Positions 18,368-26,761 of a stretch of DNA of 32,000 nucleotides are shown here, in pieces. The notes beneath the pieces are model-generated. The model had not been told where the DNA came from and did not search any database. It saw only the letters and a program-made list of their open reading frames with translations. Origin of the DNA: Aeropyrum pernix K1 (GTDB lineage: Archaea > Thermoproteota > Thermoprotei_A > Sulfolobales > Acidilobaceae); contig NC_000854.2 of NCBI RefSeq assembly GCF_000011125.1, forward strand, positions 750,001 to 782,000, written 5' to 3'. The position numbers were made by a program, and so were the translations under genes. Every line of letters begins with the position of its first letter. Positions within the stretch are counted from its first letter, which is position 1.

Positions 18368-19969
18368 GTGAGGCTTCGGGCGTCTAGGCTGTTCGCCTCG
18401 TTCTTCCTGGCTTTCACCCTCCTGGCCGCCCCGCTTGCGGGGGGCGGTGCTGCCGGGGCCCAGCCCTCGGCTTTTGTAGTGGGCCCCAGCCCCACGCCCC
18501 CTGTGGATATTGTGGTCTGGCTGGGCGGGTTCGAGCCCTACGATGTTGTGGAGGTATGGCTGTCAACCGGGGTTTCCGAGGTCCTGATAGCCACCCTATA
18601 CCTAGGCTCCGCGGGTGAGGGTGTAGAGCTCGTGGGCCTCCCCCGGAGTCTCGAGCCCGGAGTCTACACGCTCGAGTTTCGGGCCCTCTCAGGCCTCACC
18701 GCCTCTGCCATCGTAGAGGTTGTGGAGGCCACCATAACGCTCGACAAGAGCCAGGTGGGGGTGGGCGAGGTCCTCACGGCCGAGGTGGAGGGCCTGGGCG
18801 GTGGCGGGGTCTCATACGCCTACCAGCTTAGGATGGGGGGAGTGACCGTGGCCGTGGTGTATCCAGACGATAGCGGTAGGGCGGTGGCCAGCTTCACAGT
18901 ACCACCCCTCCCAAGCGGAGTCCATACTGTGGAGCTGGTCTACACGCCGCCCCTCTGGCTCAGGTTCCAGAGCATTTACGGGGGAGAGGCGGTGCTCGCC
19001 GCCGCGGAGGTTGAGGTGGCCGACGGTGTCGCTACAATCGGCGGGGCCAGGGAGATAGCAGAGGAGGTGGCCTCTGCTTACGTCGCCCCCCTTGAGGAGA
19101 GGCTTAGCCTGGTTGAGCAGGCCGTGGAGGACCTCGGCCTCGCTCTGGACAGCCTCGAGGAGAGGGTTGGGGACCTTGAGTTCGCGGTGGAGGACCTCAC
19201 CCTACAGCTATCCAGCCTAGACTCCAGGGTCGGGGCGCTGGAGGATAGAGTGGCGGATATTGAGGGTAGGCTGGAGGCCGTGGAAGGCTCCCTAGAGGAC
19301 CTCTCGGGCGCTGTGGATGCTATGAGCCAGCAGCTGCAGGCCCTTGCCGAGGACCTGGAGAGCCTAAGTAGCAGGGTCGAGGACCTCGAGGCCAGGGTGG
19401 GCAGCGTCGAGGATAGGCTCTCCCAGGCCGAGGAGGATATAGACAGCCTCACCACCAGCCTCGACAGCCTCAGGACAGAGCTCGAGGACCTCTCCACCAG
19501 GCTAGCGGAGGCCCAGGCCAGCCTGGAGGACCTCAACACAAGGCTAGACCAGGTAGCCTCAACTCTGCAGCAGCTCCAGCAGAGGCTCGCCACTGCAGAG
19601 GAGAGCCTGCAAGCCCTCACCGAGGACCTGGCCAGCCTCCAGGCGGAGGTGGAGACCCTACAGCAGTCCATCGTTGAGATAGACAGGAGGCTAGGCCAGC
19701 TAAGGAGCACCGTTGACGCTGTGAGGCTCGAGGTAGAGAGTCTCGGAGAAAAGCTGGTCCAGGCGGAGGAGAAGAACCAGAGGCAGGACGCAAGTATCGA
19801 GGACTTCCAGAGCCAGATCCAGGAGCTCAGGACCCAGCTAGATGAGAAGACCAGAGAAGCCCAGCAGACGGCCAGCACAGCCAGCCGCTGGAGCATGGCG
19901 GCGGCTGGAGCCTCACTCATAGCCCTAGCAGCAGCCGCAGCAGCGATAGCAAGAGTGTTGAGAGGCTAG
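18368..19969 (+). CDS. Secreted coiled-coil stalk-like surface protein with C-terminal transmembrane anchor
   Basis: Signal peptide 'MRLRASRLFASFFLAFTLLAAPLAGGGAAGA', beta-rich N-terminal domain, long Leu heptad region ('LTTSLDSLRTELEDLSTRLAEAQASLEDLNTRLDQVASTLQQLQQRL...'), terminal hydrophobic 'MAAAGASLIALAAAAAAIARVLRG'. Confidence 0.88.
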   Translation: MRLRASRLFASFFLAFTLLAAPLAGGGAAGAQPSAFVVGPSPTPPVDIVVWLGGFEPYDVVEVWLSTGVSEVLIATLYLGSAGEGVELVGLPRSLEPGVYTLEFRALSGLTASAIVEVVEATITLDKSQVGVGEVLTAEVEGLGGGGVSYAYQLRMGGVTVAVVYPDDSGRAVASFTVPPLPSGVHTVELVYTPPLWLRFQSIYGGEAVLAAAEVEVADGVATIGGAREIAEEVASAYVAPLEERLSLVEQAVEDLGLALDSLEERVGDLEFAVEDLTLQLSSLDSRVGALEDRVADIEGRLEAVEGSLEDLSGAVDAMSQQLQALAEDLESLSSRVEDLEARVGSVEDRLSQAEEDIDSLTTSLDSLRTELEDLSTRLAEAQASLEDLNTRLDQVASTLQQLQQRLATAEESLQALTEDLASLQAEVETLQQSIVEIDRRLGQLRSTVDAVRLEVESLGEKLVQAEEKNQRQDASIEDFQSQIQELRTQLDEKTREAQQTASTASRWSMAAAGASLIALAAAAAAIARVLRG

Positions 19970-20146
19970 AGGCGCGGCCTGGGGCTGGCTAACTCTCTGG
20001 GTGCCATCCCTTTAGCCACTACCCTCTCATCGATCTTTTTGCTGCCCCCTTGGCCAGAAGCTCCCCGGCCTAGGGGATGTACGTCTATGGTGCAATCTAT
20101 ATTCAGTGTAACGTAGACTGTATACGCGACTATAGGCACACTTAGT

Positions 20147-21259
20147 CTAGGAGCGGCGGGGCCCGGCGAGGCCCCTCGTCCCCACCACGCCCTCGGGCCT
20201 GAACTGGACGGCGGCCGCGGCTAGGGCTGCCAAGACGATTATATACGATACATCGGGGGCCACGGCCCTGACGATTGCTCCCGCCGAGAGGAGTGCCGGG
20301 GGGATGGGCTGGTAGTTCTTGGATAGCTTGACCCGCGCTACCTGGGGTAGTAGGAGGGGGGCGTGGAGGATTATGTGGACGCCTATGAACCCGATGTAGA
20401 GCAGGTGGAGCTTCACAAGCATAGTGGCCTGGGGGTGGAGGGAGAGCAGCATGGGGGGTATTGTTAGGAGGTGGGAGGCGGCCATGTACCTTAGCGTCCC
20501 CCCCGCGGGCCCCGGGAGCCTGGAGGCCCTCCTCAAAAGCTCGGGAGCCCGGTGGAGCCCCAGGGCGGGGTAGTAGGCTAGGAGGCCTGCCAGGGCGAGT
20601 GTTGCGTGGAGCCCCAGGCCGAGGATGGCGAGGGCCAGGGCGAGTGCGTTGGGCGCCAACACGGCGGCCATAAGCTGGCTGGTTGGCCTCCTGCCATAGT
20701 TCCTGGCGACCGTGTATAGACTTACGACGAGTATCATGGGGGCGTCGAGGTAGAGGCCTATCCTCAGCATCAACTCCACAACACCCAACCCCTCCAGGGG
20801 GAGAGCAAGGGATACGGCGCCCGCGATAGGGGGGTATAGCAGGGGCCACCGCGGCTCCCGCCTACGCCAGCCCACCAGCTGGAGTAGGGTGTGGAGGCCC
20901 AGGAATGCCAGGGCAGAAGCGGCCAGGGGCCTCCAAGGCAGCCCGGCGAGGTATAGGAGGAGGCTTAGGATAGCGCTGGAGACCGCCAGCACCGGGGCCA
21001 GGGCCTCGACCCCCCTACGGGGGGCGCCGCTCTTGAGGCTGCCCGTGAAGACGATATACATGGACAGGGGGAAGACCAGGCCCAAACCCAGCCCCACAAG
21101 CCCCATATGAAGACCAGGCGCCAGGGGGGCTAGGACAACACCAAGGAGCCCCCCGCCCAGCCCCAGGGCTATACCCGGCAGGGCGGCTGTTGAGAGCTTC
21201 ACCTGGAAAGCCTCTCCCCGCCACACCCTAGACCCCCCGCGCCCAGACTGGGCAGCCAC
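20147..21259 (-). CDS. Polytopic integral membrane protein, function unknown
   Basis: Strand checked by reverse-complementing both ends: GTG at 21259 gives 'VAAQSGRGGSRVWRGEAFQVKLSTAALPG...', and TAG at 20147 follows '...GPRRS'. Numerous hydrophobic segments. Real start may be the internal 'VKLSTAALPG'. Confidence 0.7.
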   Translation of the reverse strand: MAAQSGRGGSRVWRGEAFQVKLSTAALPGIALGLGGGLLGVVLAPLAPGLHMGLVGLGLGLVFPLSMYIVFTGSLKSGAPRRGVEALAPVLAVSSAILSLLLYLAGLPWRPLAASALAFLGLHTLLQLVGWRRREPRWPLLYPPIAGAVSLALPLEGLGVVELMLRIGLYLDAPMILVVSLYTVARNYGRRPTSQLMAAVLAPNALALALAILGLGLHATLALAGLLAYYPALGLHRAPELLRRASRLPGPAGGTLRYMAASHLLTIPPMLLSLHPQATMLVKLHLLYIGFIGVHIILHAPLLLPQVARVKLSKNYQPIPPALLSAGAIVRAVAPDVSYIIVLAALAAAAVQFRPEGVVGTRGLAGPRRS

Positions 21260-21342
21260 CAGTTTTAGAGAGCTGTGACACAGATATCATTGGCTCCACA
21301 ACATAATCTACCTTCTCTTAGGGGTTCTCCAGCAGTAATATG

Positions 21343-21350
21343 CTATAAAA
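21343..21350 (+). promoter_or_regulatory. Putative TATA box
   Basis: 'tgCTATAAAAgg' upstream of the membrane protein ORF. Confidence 0.4.
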
Positions 21351-21433
21351 GGTCCGGGGCAGGCCCTAGCCACTCATTATCAACAATGTGATAAATTATT
21401 GTAGCAACATTTACTATTGTTGGCATCGTCACA

Positions 21434-21468
21434 TTCCACGTTTAATCACTCCCCGTGGAACTGGGGGA
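21434..21468 (+). promoter_or_regulatory. Two mutually exclusive short hairpins upstream of a GTG start
   Basis: Hairpin 1: ttccacg (21434-21440) / cgtggaa (21454-21460). Hairpin 2: tcccc (21450-21454) / gggga (21464-21468), overlapping the G-rich possible Shine-Dalgarno sequence before GTG 21475. Confidence 0.3.
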
Positions 21469-21474
21469 TTAGTA

Positions 21475-22323
21475 GTGGGCATCTACCATCTTCCCGAGGA
21501 TTTTGATAGGAGGCCTGTTGCAGCCTACACCGCGAGGGAGGCCTTAGGCTACTGCTTCCTAGGCTCACTCATACTAGTTGCCTTCTCCTTCTCTGCAACC
21601 TTCCTCCGAAACTTCCTCCTAAGGGAGAGCCCCGAGCCGACCCTGGCCCGAGGGGTCTATAACCCGGTCGCCTTCATCGTCGCTGGCGTGAGGGAGCGGC
21701 TTTACGAGGCTGGGTCTGGGCCGGGTGGCTTCCTCCTCCTGCTTATGACGGTGCTTCTCGCCGTGATCATGTTCTTCCTCCTTGCCGCTCTAGTGTATCT
21801 GAGCGTTGTCCAGTCTACTTTGCTCGGGAGGGTCTCCAGCGTTCTTGGCTGGGGTCTCGACGGGTTTATGGCGAGGCTCACAGGCCTGGGCGGGGCTGTT
21901 TTCGCCTTTTCCACCGTGGCTTTCGTGCTCTACATTCTGGCACTGGCCCTCCCCCTGCCAGGCCTCTACACCCTCTACCAGCGGTACCCCGAGTATGAGA
22001 TCTACTTTACCGCTATAGCCACAATCTACCTGGCGACTACCGCTTTAACCCTGCTCTGGAGCCTACTACACGCTCCACCCACCACTGCGAGGACAGCCGC
22101 GGCAGCCCTGCTGGCATTGGTGTCTCTAATCTTGACGTGGCTATCCCTAGCACACCCCGAGGTCACGATAGGCCCGACGGGCCCTCTAGGGATGGCGGCA
22201 GGCCTGGCAATACTCTACGTCGAGATGGAGAGGAGGATTAGGGAGAGGTACGGGGAGGAGGCTCTAGAGGAGGCTAGAACCGTGCTCGACATCCTTGAGG
22301 GCGGAGAGCGCGAACAAGAATAG
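21475..22323 (+). CDS. Integral membrane protein, function unknown
   Basis: Several hydrophobic helices ('GYCFLGSLILVAFSFSATFL', 'GGFLLLLMTVLLAVIMFFLLAALVYLSVV'). ORF opens at 21388; GTG at 21475 preceded by 'gggggattagta' looks like a better start. Confidence 0.7.
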   Translation: MGIYHLPEDFDRRPVAAYTAREALGYCFLGSLILVAFSFSATFLRNFLLRESPEPTLARGVYNPVAFIVAGVRERLYEAGSGPGGFLLLLMTVLLAVIMFFLLAALVYLSVVQSTLLGRVSSVLGWGLDGFMARLTGLGGAVFAFSTVAFVLYILALALPLPGLYTLYQRYPEYEIYFTAIATIYLATTALTLLWSLLHAPPTTARTAAAALLALVSLILTWLSLAHPEVTIGPTGPLGMAAGLAILYVEMERRIRERYGEEALEEARTVLDILEGGEREQE

Positions 22324-22361
22324 CCCGGCCGAACCGCTGACACCCGGTTGAGGAGCAATAC

Positions 22362-22368
22362 TATAAAT
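22362..22368 (+). promoter_or_regulatory. Putative TATA box
   Basis: 'aCTATAAAtct'; spacing supports the ATG at 22445 rather than 22391 as the start. Confidence 0.45.
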
Positions 22369-22444
22369 CTTAGGAGAACTATGTCTATCCATGAAGCCTA
22401 CACCCTACCATATCAACCAGCCTGCAATACCGGTGGGTACCGAG

Positions 22445-23461
22445 ATGTCGAGCCTTTCGAAAAGGGAGATCGAGAAGATACTGAGGACGCTGGAGCGAGA
22501 TAGGGAGTTCCGCTACGCCCTAATGGGGCTACTGGGCTTCAAAGAGCTGCTTGAGAGGTTTGAGAAGCTTGAGGAGAGGCAGCTCCGCCTAGAGGAGCGG
22601 TTCAGTCAGCTGGAGGAGCGTCAAATCAAGCTTGAAGAGAGGTTCCAGCTACTGGAAAAACGTTTCCAGCGGCTTGAGGAGAGGCATTTACGCCTGGAAC
22701 GGCGGTTCCAAAAGCTTGATGAGCGTTTCCAAAGGCTCGAGCAACGGCAGCTCAGGCTAGAAGAGAGGTTCCAAAGGCTCGAGCAGAGGTTCCAATCCCT
22801 TGAAGAACGCTATCTCAGGCTGGAGCAGAGGTTCCAAAGGCTCGAGGAGAGGTTCCGGCTTCTGGAGGAGCGTTTCCAGAAGCTCGAGCAGCGGCAGCTC
22901 CACCTCGAGGAGCGTTTCCAGAGGCTTGAGGAGCGCCAGCTCAAGCTAGAGCAGCGGTTCCAAAAGCTTGAAGAACGCCATCTCAAGCTGGAACAGCGTT
23001 TCCAGAGGCTTGAGGAGGAGTTTAGGAGGCTCTCCGAGCGGGTTCTACGTGTGGAGCAGGCCCTGGTCAACATGATGAGGATGATGAACACAATAGCCCA
23101 CAGGTTCGGGATACTCACTGAGGAGGCTTTTAGGAGTGCGATGAAGCACGTGGTTGAAGAGGTCCTGGGTGCAGGCGTGGTCGGCCGCTGGATCCACCAT
23201 GATAAGGAGGGCATCGTATACGGCCACCCCTCCATCGTTGAGGTCGACGTGGTAGTTAAGGACGGGCAGCACGTGCTCGTAGAGATCAAGTCACAGGTGA
23301 CTCAGGCGGACGTGGCGGAGATGCACAGGATCGGCCTGCTATATGAGAGGGCGGAGGGCGTGAAGCCGAGGCTCGTAATAGTCGGCGGCTTCGTGGATGA
23401 GAGGGCCCGGGCCCTCGCGGAGAGGCTGGGCGTCGAGATCGCCCCGATAACCCCCCAGTAA
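22445..23461 (+). CDS. Long heptad-repeat coiled coil fused to a PD-(D/E)XK nuclease-like domain (DUF3782-like)
   Basis: Starts 'MSSLSKREIEKILRTLERDREFRYAL'; 23 contiguous heptads; C terminus 'GIVYGHPSIVEVDVVVKDGQHVLVEIKSQVTQADVAEMHRIGLLYERA...PRLVIVGGFVDERARALAERLGVEI' has the D-x(n)-E-x-K pattern. Confidence 0.85.
   Translation: MSSLSKREIEKILRTLERDREFRYALMGLLGFKELLERFEKLEERQLRLEERFSQLEERQIKLEERFQLLEKRFQRLEERHLRLERRFQKLDERFQRLEQRQLRLEERFQRLEQRFQSLEERYLRLEQRFQRLEERFRLLEERFQKLEQRQLHLEERFQRLEERQLKLEQRFQKLEERHLKLEQRFQRLEEEFRRLSERVLRVEQALVNMMRMMNTIAHRFGILTEEAFRSAMKHVVEEVLGAGVVGRWIHHDKEGIVYGHPSIVEVDVVVKDGQHVLVEIKSQVTQADVAEMHRIGLLYERAEGVKPRLVIVGGFVDERARALAERLGVEIAPITPQ
22556..23038 (+). repeat. 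Degenerate 21-bp tandem repeat, 23 units, encoding [R-(F/Q/H/Y)-x-x-L-E-(E/Q)] heptads
   Basis: Direct reading: RFEKLEE RQLRLEE RFSQLEE RQIKLEE RFQLLEK RFQRLEE RHLRLER ... RFQRLEE EFRRLSE, with no break in register. Confidence 0.95.
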
Positions 23462-23537
23462 ACAGGCTCTCCCTCCCCCACGGGAAAATCCTCCAGACAC
23501 GTGTAGAGGGTTTATCTCTACCACCCGTTTTCGACTC

Positions 23538-23545
23538 TATAAAAA
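23538..23545 (+). promoter_or_regulatory. Putative TATA box for the sulfur amino-acid operon
   Basis: 'ctcTATAAAAAcag' upstream of the 23599 start. Confidence 0.5.
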
Positions 23546-23550
23546 CAGTT

Positions 23551-23608
23551 GGCCCACCACATCATCCCTCCCCCGGTAGTATAGATTTTCTATGGAGGAT
23601 GGTGGGCC
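23551..23608 (+). promoter_or_regulatory. Inverted repeat flanking the transcription/translation start of the cystathionine beta-synthase-like gene
   Basis: ggcccacca (23551-23559) is the exact reverse complement of tggtgggcc (23600-23608); the right arm overlaps the ATG at 23599. Confidence 0.5.
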
Positions 23609-24780
23609 GCGTGCGGAAGGGTCTTGGATCCGGTGTTTACGGGAGTATCCTGGACCTTGTAGGCGGCACCCCCCTTCTCAGGCTGGGCAGGGTGGAGCGT
23701 TTCTTCCGGCTAGAGGGTGTGGAGCTCTACGGCAAGCTCGAGATGTTCAACCCTGGGGGTAGCGTGAAGGACAGGATAGGGCTTTACATGCTGATGGACG
23801 CTAGGAGCAGGGGGCTTGTTGAGGAGGGCGCGGTTATAATCGAGCCTACAGCCGGCAACACGGGGGTAGGCCTGGCGCTCGCCGCAATACACTACGGCTT
23901 CAGGCTTGTCGCTGTTATGCCGTCGAAGATGAGCGTGGAGAAGGAGCTAATACTCAGGGCTTACGGCGCCTACGTCATCAGAACCCCCACAGCAGTCCCC
24001 CCGGAGAGCCCCCTCTCCTACTATAGGGTGGCGGAGGCGGTGAGGAACCTGCTATGGATGATAGGCGGCAGGCCCGGTGGGGGGGAGGTGAGGAAGGTTG
24101 TGGAGAAGGTGCAGACGCTTGTGAGGGAGGAGAGGGTTGAGGACCTCAGGTCTATACTGGAGGCCAGCGTCGAGCCCACCCCCTACGCCTACATACCAAA
24201 CCAGTACAGCAACCCGGCGAACCCACGGGCCCACGAGGAGACGACGGGGAGGGAGATATGGATGCAGACTGGCGGCAGGGTTGACGTGGTCTACGCCGGC
24301 ATGGGGACCAGGGGGACTATAACCGGGGTGGCCCGCTATCTGAAGAGGGCCAAGCCCTCTGTGAGGATTGTGGGCGTGGACCCTGAGGGGAGCATATACA
24401 GCCTCGTCAAGAAGGGCATGAGCCCCCACGAGGCAGCGAAGCACGCCAGACCCTACAAGGTGGAGGGGATAGGGGAGGACTTCATACCCTCAACCATAGA
24501 CCTGAGCCTCGTGGACGAGGTGGTTGTGGTCACGGACCAGCAGGCCTTCTCCATGGCCAGGATGCTGGCCCGGCTCGAGGGTGTGCTGGCGGGGGGCTCC
24601 TCGGGCGCCGCCCTCTACGCGGCCGTGAAGCACATAAAGACCAGGAGGGTCAGGGGTGTTGCCGTGGTTATACTCCCCGACACGGGCAGGAACTACATCA
24701 ACAAGCTCTACAACGACAGGTGGATGGGGGAGAACGGTTTCTCCACTAGGGACGAGGAGGTCCTGGGGGAGCTGCTGTGA
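23599..24780 (+). CDS. PLP-dependent cystathionine beta-synthase/cysteine synthase-like enzyme
   Basis: 'LVGGTPLLRLGRV', 'GKLEMFNPGGSVKDRIG', 'IIEPTAGNTGVGLALAA', 'TGGRVDVVYAGMGTRGTITGVARYLK', 'GVLAGGSSGAALYA'. Substrate specificity not determinable by eye. Confidence 0.9.
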   Translation: MVGRVRKGLGSGVYGSILDLVGGTPLLRLGRVERFFRLEGVELYGKLEMFNPGGSVKDRIGLYMLMDARSRGLVEEGAVIIEPTAGNTGVGLALAAIHYGFRLVAVMPSKMSVEKELILRAYGAYVIRTPTAVPPESPLSYYRVAEAVRNLLWMIGGRPGGGEVRKVVEKVQTLVREERVEDLRSILEASVEPTPYAYIPNQYSNPANPRAHEETTGREIWMQTGGRVDVVYAGMGTRGTITGVARYLKRAKPSVRIVGVDPEGSIYSLVKKGMSPHEAAKHARPYKVEGIGEDFIPSTIDLSLVDEVVVVTDQQAFSMARMLARLEGVLAGGSSGAALYAAVKHIKTRRVRGVAVVILPDTGRNYINKLYNDRWMGENGFSTRDEEVLGELL

Positions 24781-25931
24781 GGGGCTTCACCACCAAGGCC
24801 GTCCACGCGGGGGAGGACCCCCGGGAGACCCTCCACGGCGACGTCGTCCACCCTATACACCTCTCCGTCACGTATTGGAAGAGGAGTGTGGCTGAGGCCG
24901 AGGAGGGCTACGTGTACTCGAGGACCTCCAACCCCACCAGGGACGCCCTTGAGAAGAAGCTGGCCGCCCTCGAGAACGCCAGGTACGCCCTGGCCTTCTC
25001 CTCCGGCCTGGCGGCCGAGGCCACCGTCATACTCGCCCTGCTGAGGGAGGGAGACCATATAGTGGCGTTCGACGACCTCTACGGCGGCACCAAGAGGCTC
25101 TTCCAGAGGGTGATGGCCCGGTTCGGGATTAAGGTCACCTACGTGGACGCCCGCGACCCCGGGAACATCGAGAAGGCCCTGACACCCGCCACCAGGATGA
25201 TATGGCTCGAGACCCCCACCAACCCGCTGCTGAAGCTGACCGACATCAGGGCCGCGGCGGAGATAGCGTCCCGGGCGGGGGCTTACCTGGTGGTAGACAA
25301 CACCTTCGCCACCCCATACTTCCAGAGGCCCCTGGAGCTGGGGGCGGATATAGTGGTGCACAGCGCCACTAAATACCTCTCAGGCCACTCAGACCTCCTC
25401 GCGGGGGCCGTGATGGTCAACAGCAGCGAGGTCTACGAGAAGCTCAAGTACCACCAGAACGCCGTCGGCGCCGTCCCACCACCCCTCGACTCCTACCTCC
25501 TCATGAGATCCCTCAAAACCCTAGCCCTCAGGATGGAGTGGCACCAGCACAACGCCATGAAGATAGCCGAACACCTAGAGAGCCACCCGAAGGTGGACCG
25601 GGTAATCTACCCCGGCCTCTCAACACACCCCCAGCACAGCCTGGCGAAGAGGCAGATGACAGGCTACAGCGGCATGCTCTCCTTCGAGCTCAAGGGGGGC
25701 GCCGGGGCGGCGGTCAGGTTCGTAGAGAGCCTCAGGATCATAGCCCTCGCCGAGAGCCTAGGAGGGGTAGAATCCCTAGTGGAGATACCCTCGCTCATGA
25801 CACACGCCTCAATACCTAGGGAGGAGAGGCTCAAGAAAGGGATAACAGACGGCCTAGTAAGACTCTCAGTAGGCATAGAGGACCTCGAAGACCTCATAGA
25901 AGACATAGAACAAGCCCTCAAGAAAACATAG
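24777..25931 (+). CDS. Trans-sulfuration enzyme family (cystathionine gamma-synthase/gamma-lyase)
   Basis: '[10 protein letters not shown]', '[20 protein letters not shown]', '[37 protein letters not shown]', '[18 protein letters not shown]', '[14 protein letters not shown]'. GTG start overlaps the upstream stop by 4 nt. Confidence 0.93.
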   Translation: MRGFTTKAVHAGEDPRETLHGDVVHPIHLSVTYWKRSVAEAEEGYVYSRTSNPTRDALEKKLAALENARYALAFSSGLAAEATVILALLREGDHIVAFDDLYGGTKRLFQRVMARFGIKVTYVDARDPGNIEKALTPATRMIWLETPTNPLLKLTDIRAAAEIASRAGAYLVVDNTFATPYFQRPLELGADIVVHSATKYLSGHSDLLAGAVMVNSSEVYEKLKYHQNAVGAVPPPLDSYLLMRSLKTLALRMEWHQHNAMKIAEHLESHPKVDRVIYPGLSTHPQHSLAKRQMTGYSGMLSFELKGGAGAAVRFVESLRIIALAESLGGVESLVEIPSLMTHASIPREERLKKGITDGLVRLSVGIEDLEDLIEDIEQALKKT

Positions 25932-26022
25932 AGAAACGGGGGGAAACTACTTCCAAATTTCGAATTTAGAACTAAGCATTGAAACACCCTATCTAAACAC
26001 CTAGTTAAAGACCTCCCACCAT

Positions 26023-26754
26023 CTACATAATGCTGCCGGTCTTTACCGCGCCAAAACCTATACCCCTGCTCTTGCCAACGTGGAGAACCTGAGCCGCTTC
26101 CATGACCAGCTGCAACAGCTCTACATACCTAGCAGTAGCGGCATAGGTCGCCCTCCCATAGAAAGCCCTCACCTTTCGGTCCCTTCCTATACTGTACAAG
26201 CCGACACGCCCGTTCCATCCAAGCAGCTCCACGTTGCTAGCTAGAGTGTTCGCATACCCCTTGAGGCTTAGGCCTGTGTGCCTCGCGAGGGCTGAGAAAA
26301 CGCTGTAGACCAGCCTCTGGGGGCTTGGGTAGAGTATGGGACGGCTTCTAAACATGTAGATAGTGGGCCAATATTCAACTGTAAACTCTATAGCGTCTCT
26401 ACTGGTGGTCACACGGCGCGGCAGACGCGGCACCCATCTCTCGACCTCGAAGGAGATAACTCTAAATCCCCAACGATCCAAACAACCAGGCAGCGAGCTC
26501 CTCAGCCTATAGAACCCGGTGGTGTTGAGTGTTGCCCCTAGGAGGATATTAGGTTCTTCAATAGTGGATGGCTTGCTAGGAGAGGCATTGAGGGGCTGGC
26601 CCTCCTTCTGTAGGGGCTCGACACTTACCAGGCCCTCCCGGCCCCCAATACACTCTTTCACTATTCTCGCGGCCACAACACCACTCCAAGAGAGAAGTGG
26701 GAGGGGCCTGGTCGATTCGAGAATAAGGCTTACCTTATACAGTCCAATAACCAT
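26023..26754 (-). CDS. cas6: CRISPR-associated endoribonuclease Cas6-like
   Basis: C-terminal 'VLHVGKSRGIGFGAVKTG' glycine-rich loop typical of Cas6; last gene of a cas operon. Start set at ATG 26754 ('MVIGLYKVSLILES'). Confidence 0.8.
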   Translation of the reverse strand: MVIGLYKVSLILESTRPLPLLSWSGVVAARIVKECIGGREGLVSVEPLQKEGQPLNASPSKPSTIEEPNILLGATLNTTGFYRLRSSLPGCLDRWGFRVISFEVERWVPRLPRRVTTSRDAIEFTVEYWPTIYMFRSRPILYPSPQRLVYSVFSALARHTGLSLKGYANTLASNVELLGWNGRVGLYSIGRDRKVRAFYGRATYAATARYVELLQLVMEAAQVLHVGKSRGIGFGAVKTGSIM

Positions 26755-26761
26755 CAGATTA

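Noticed and set aside
19078-19920. 280-aa minus-strand Ser/Leu-rich ORF
   Set aside because: Antisense shadow of the coiled-coil gene; repetitive Ser/Leu composition arises from reverse complement of Glu/Leu/Asp codons.
20142-20849. 235-aa minus-strand ORF rich in Pro/Arg/Gly
   Set aside because: Out-of-frame shadow on the same strand as the hydrophobic membrane-protein ORF 20147-21259, which has the more protein-like composition.
22556-23038. Tandem 21-bp repeats considered as a CRISPR or minisatellite array
   Set aside because: No unique spacers; repeats are in frame and code for a continuous heptad pattern within a CDS.
22810-23289. 159-aa minus-strand ORF 'RSSSLWKRCSSLRWRSSS...'
   Set aside because: Antisense of the tandem heptad repeat; periodicity is inherited from the plus-strand gene.
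24708-25361. 217-aa minus-strand ORF opposite the CBS/gamma-lyase genes
   Set aside because: Gly/His/Val-rich shadow ORF with no recognisable motif; sense strand encodes clear PLP enzymes.
25932-26022. Gap after cas6 checked for a CRISPR leader or repeat
   Set aside because: Only about 90 nt of AT-rich sequence with no repeated 24-25-nt unit.
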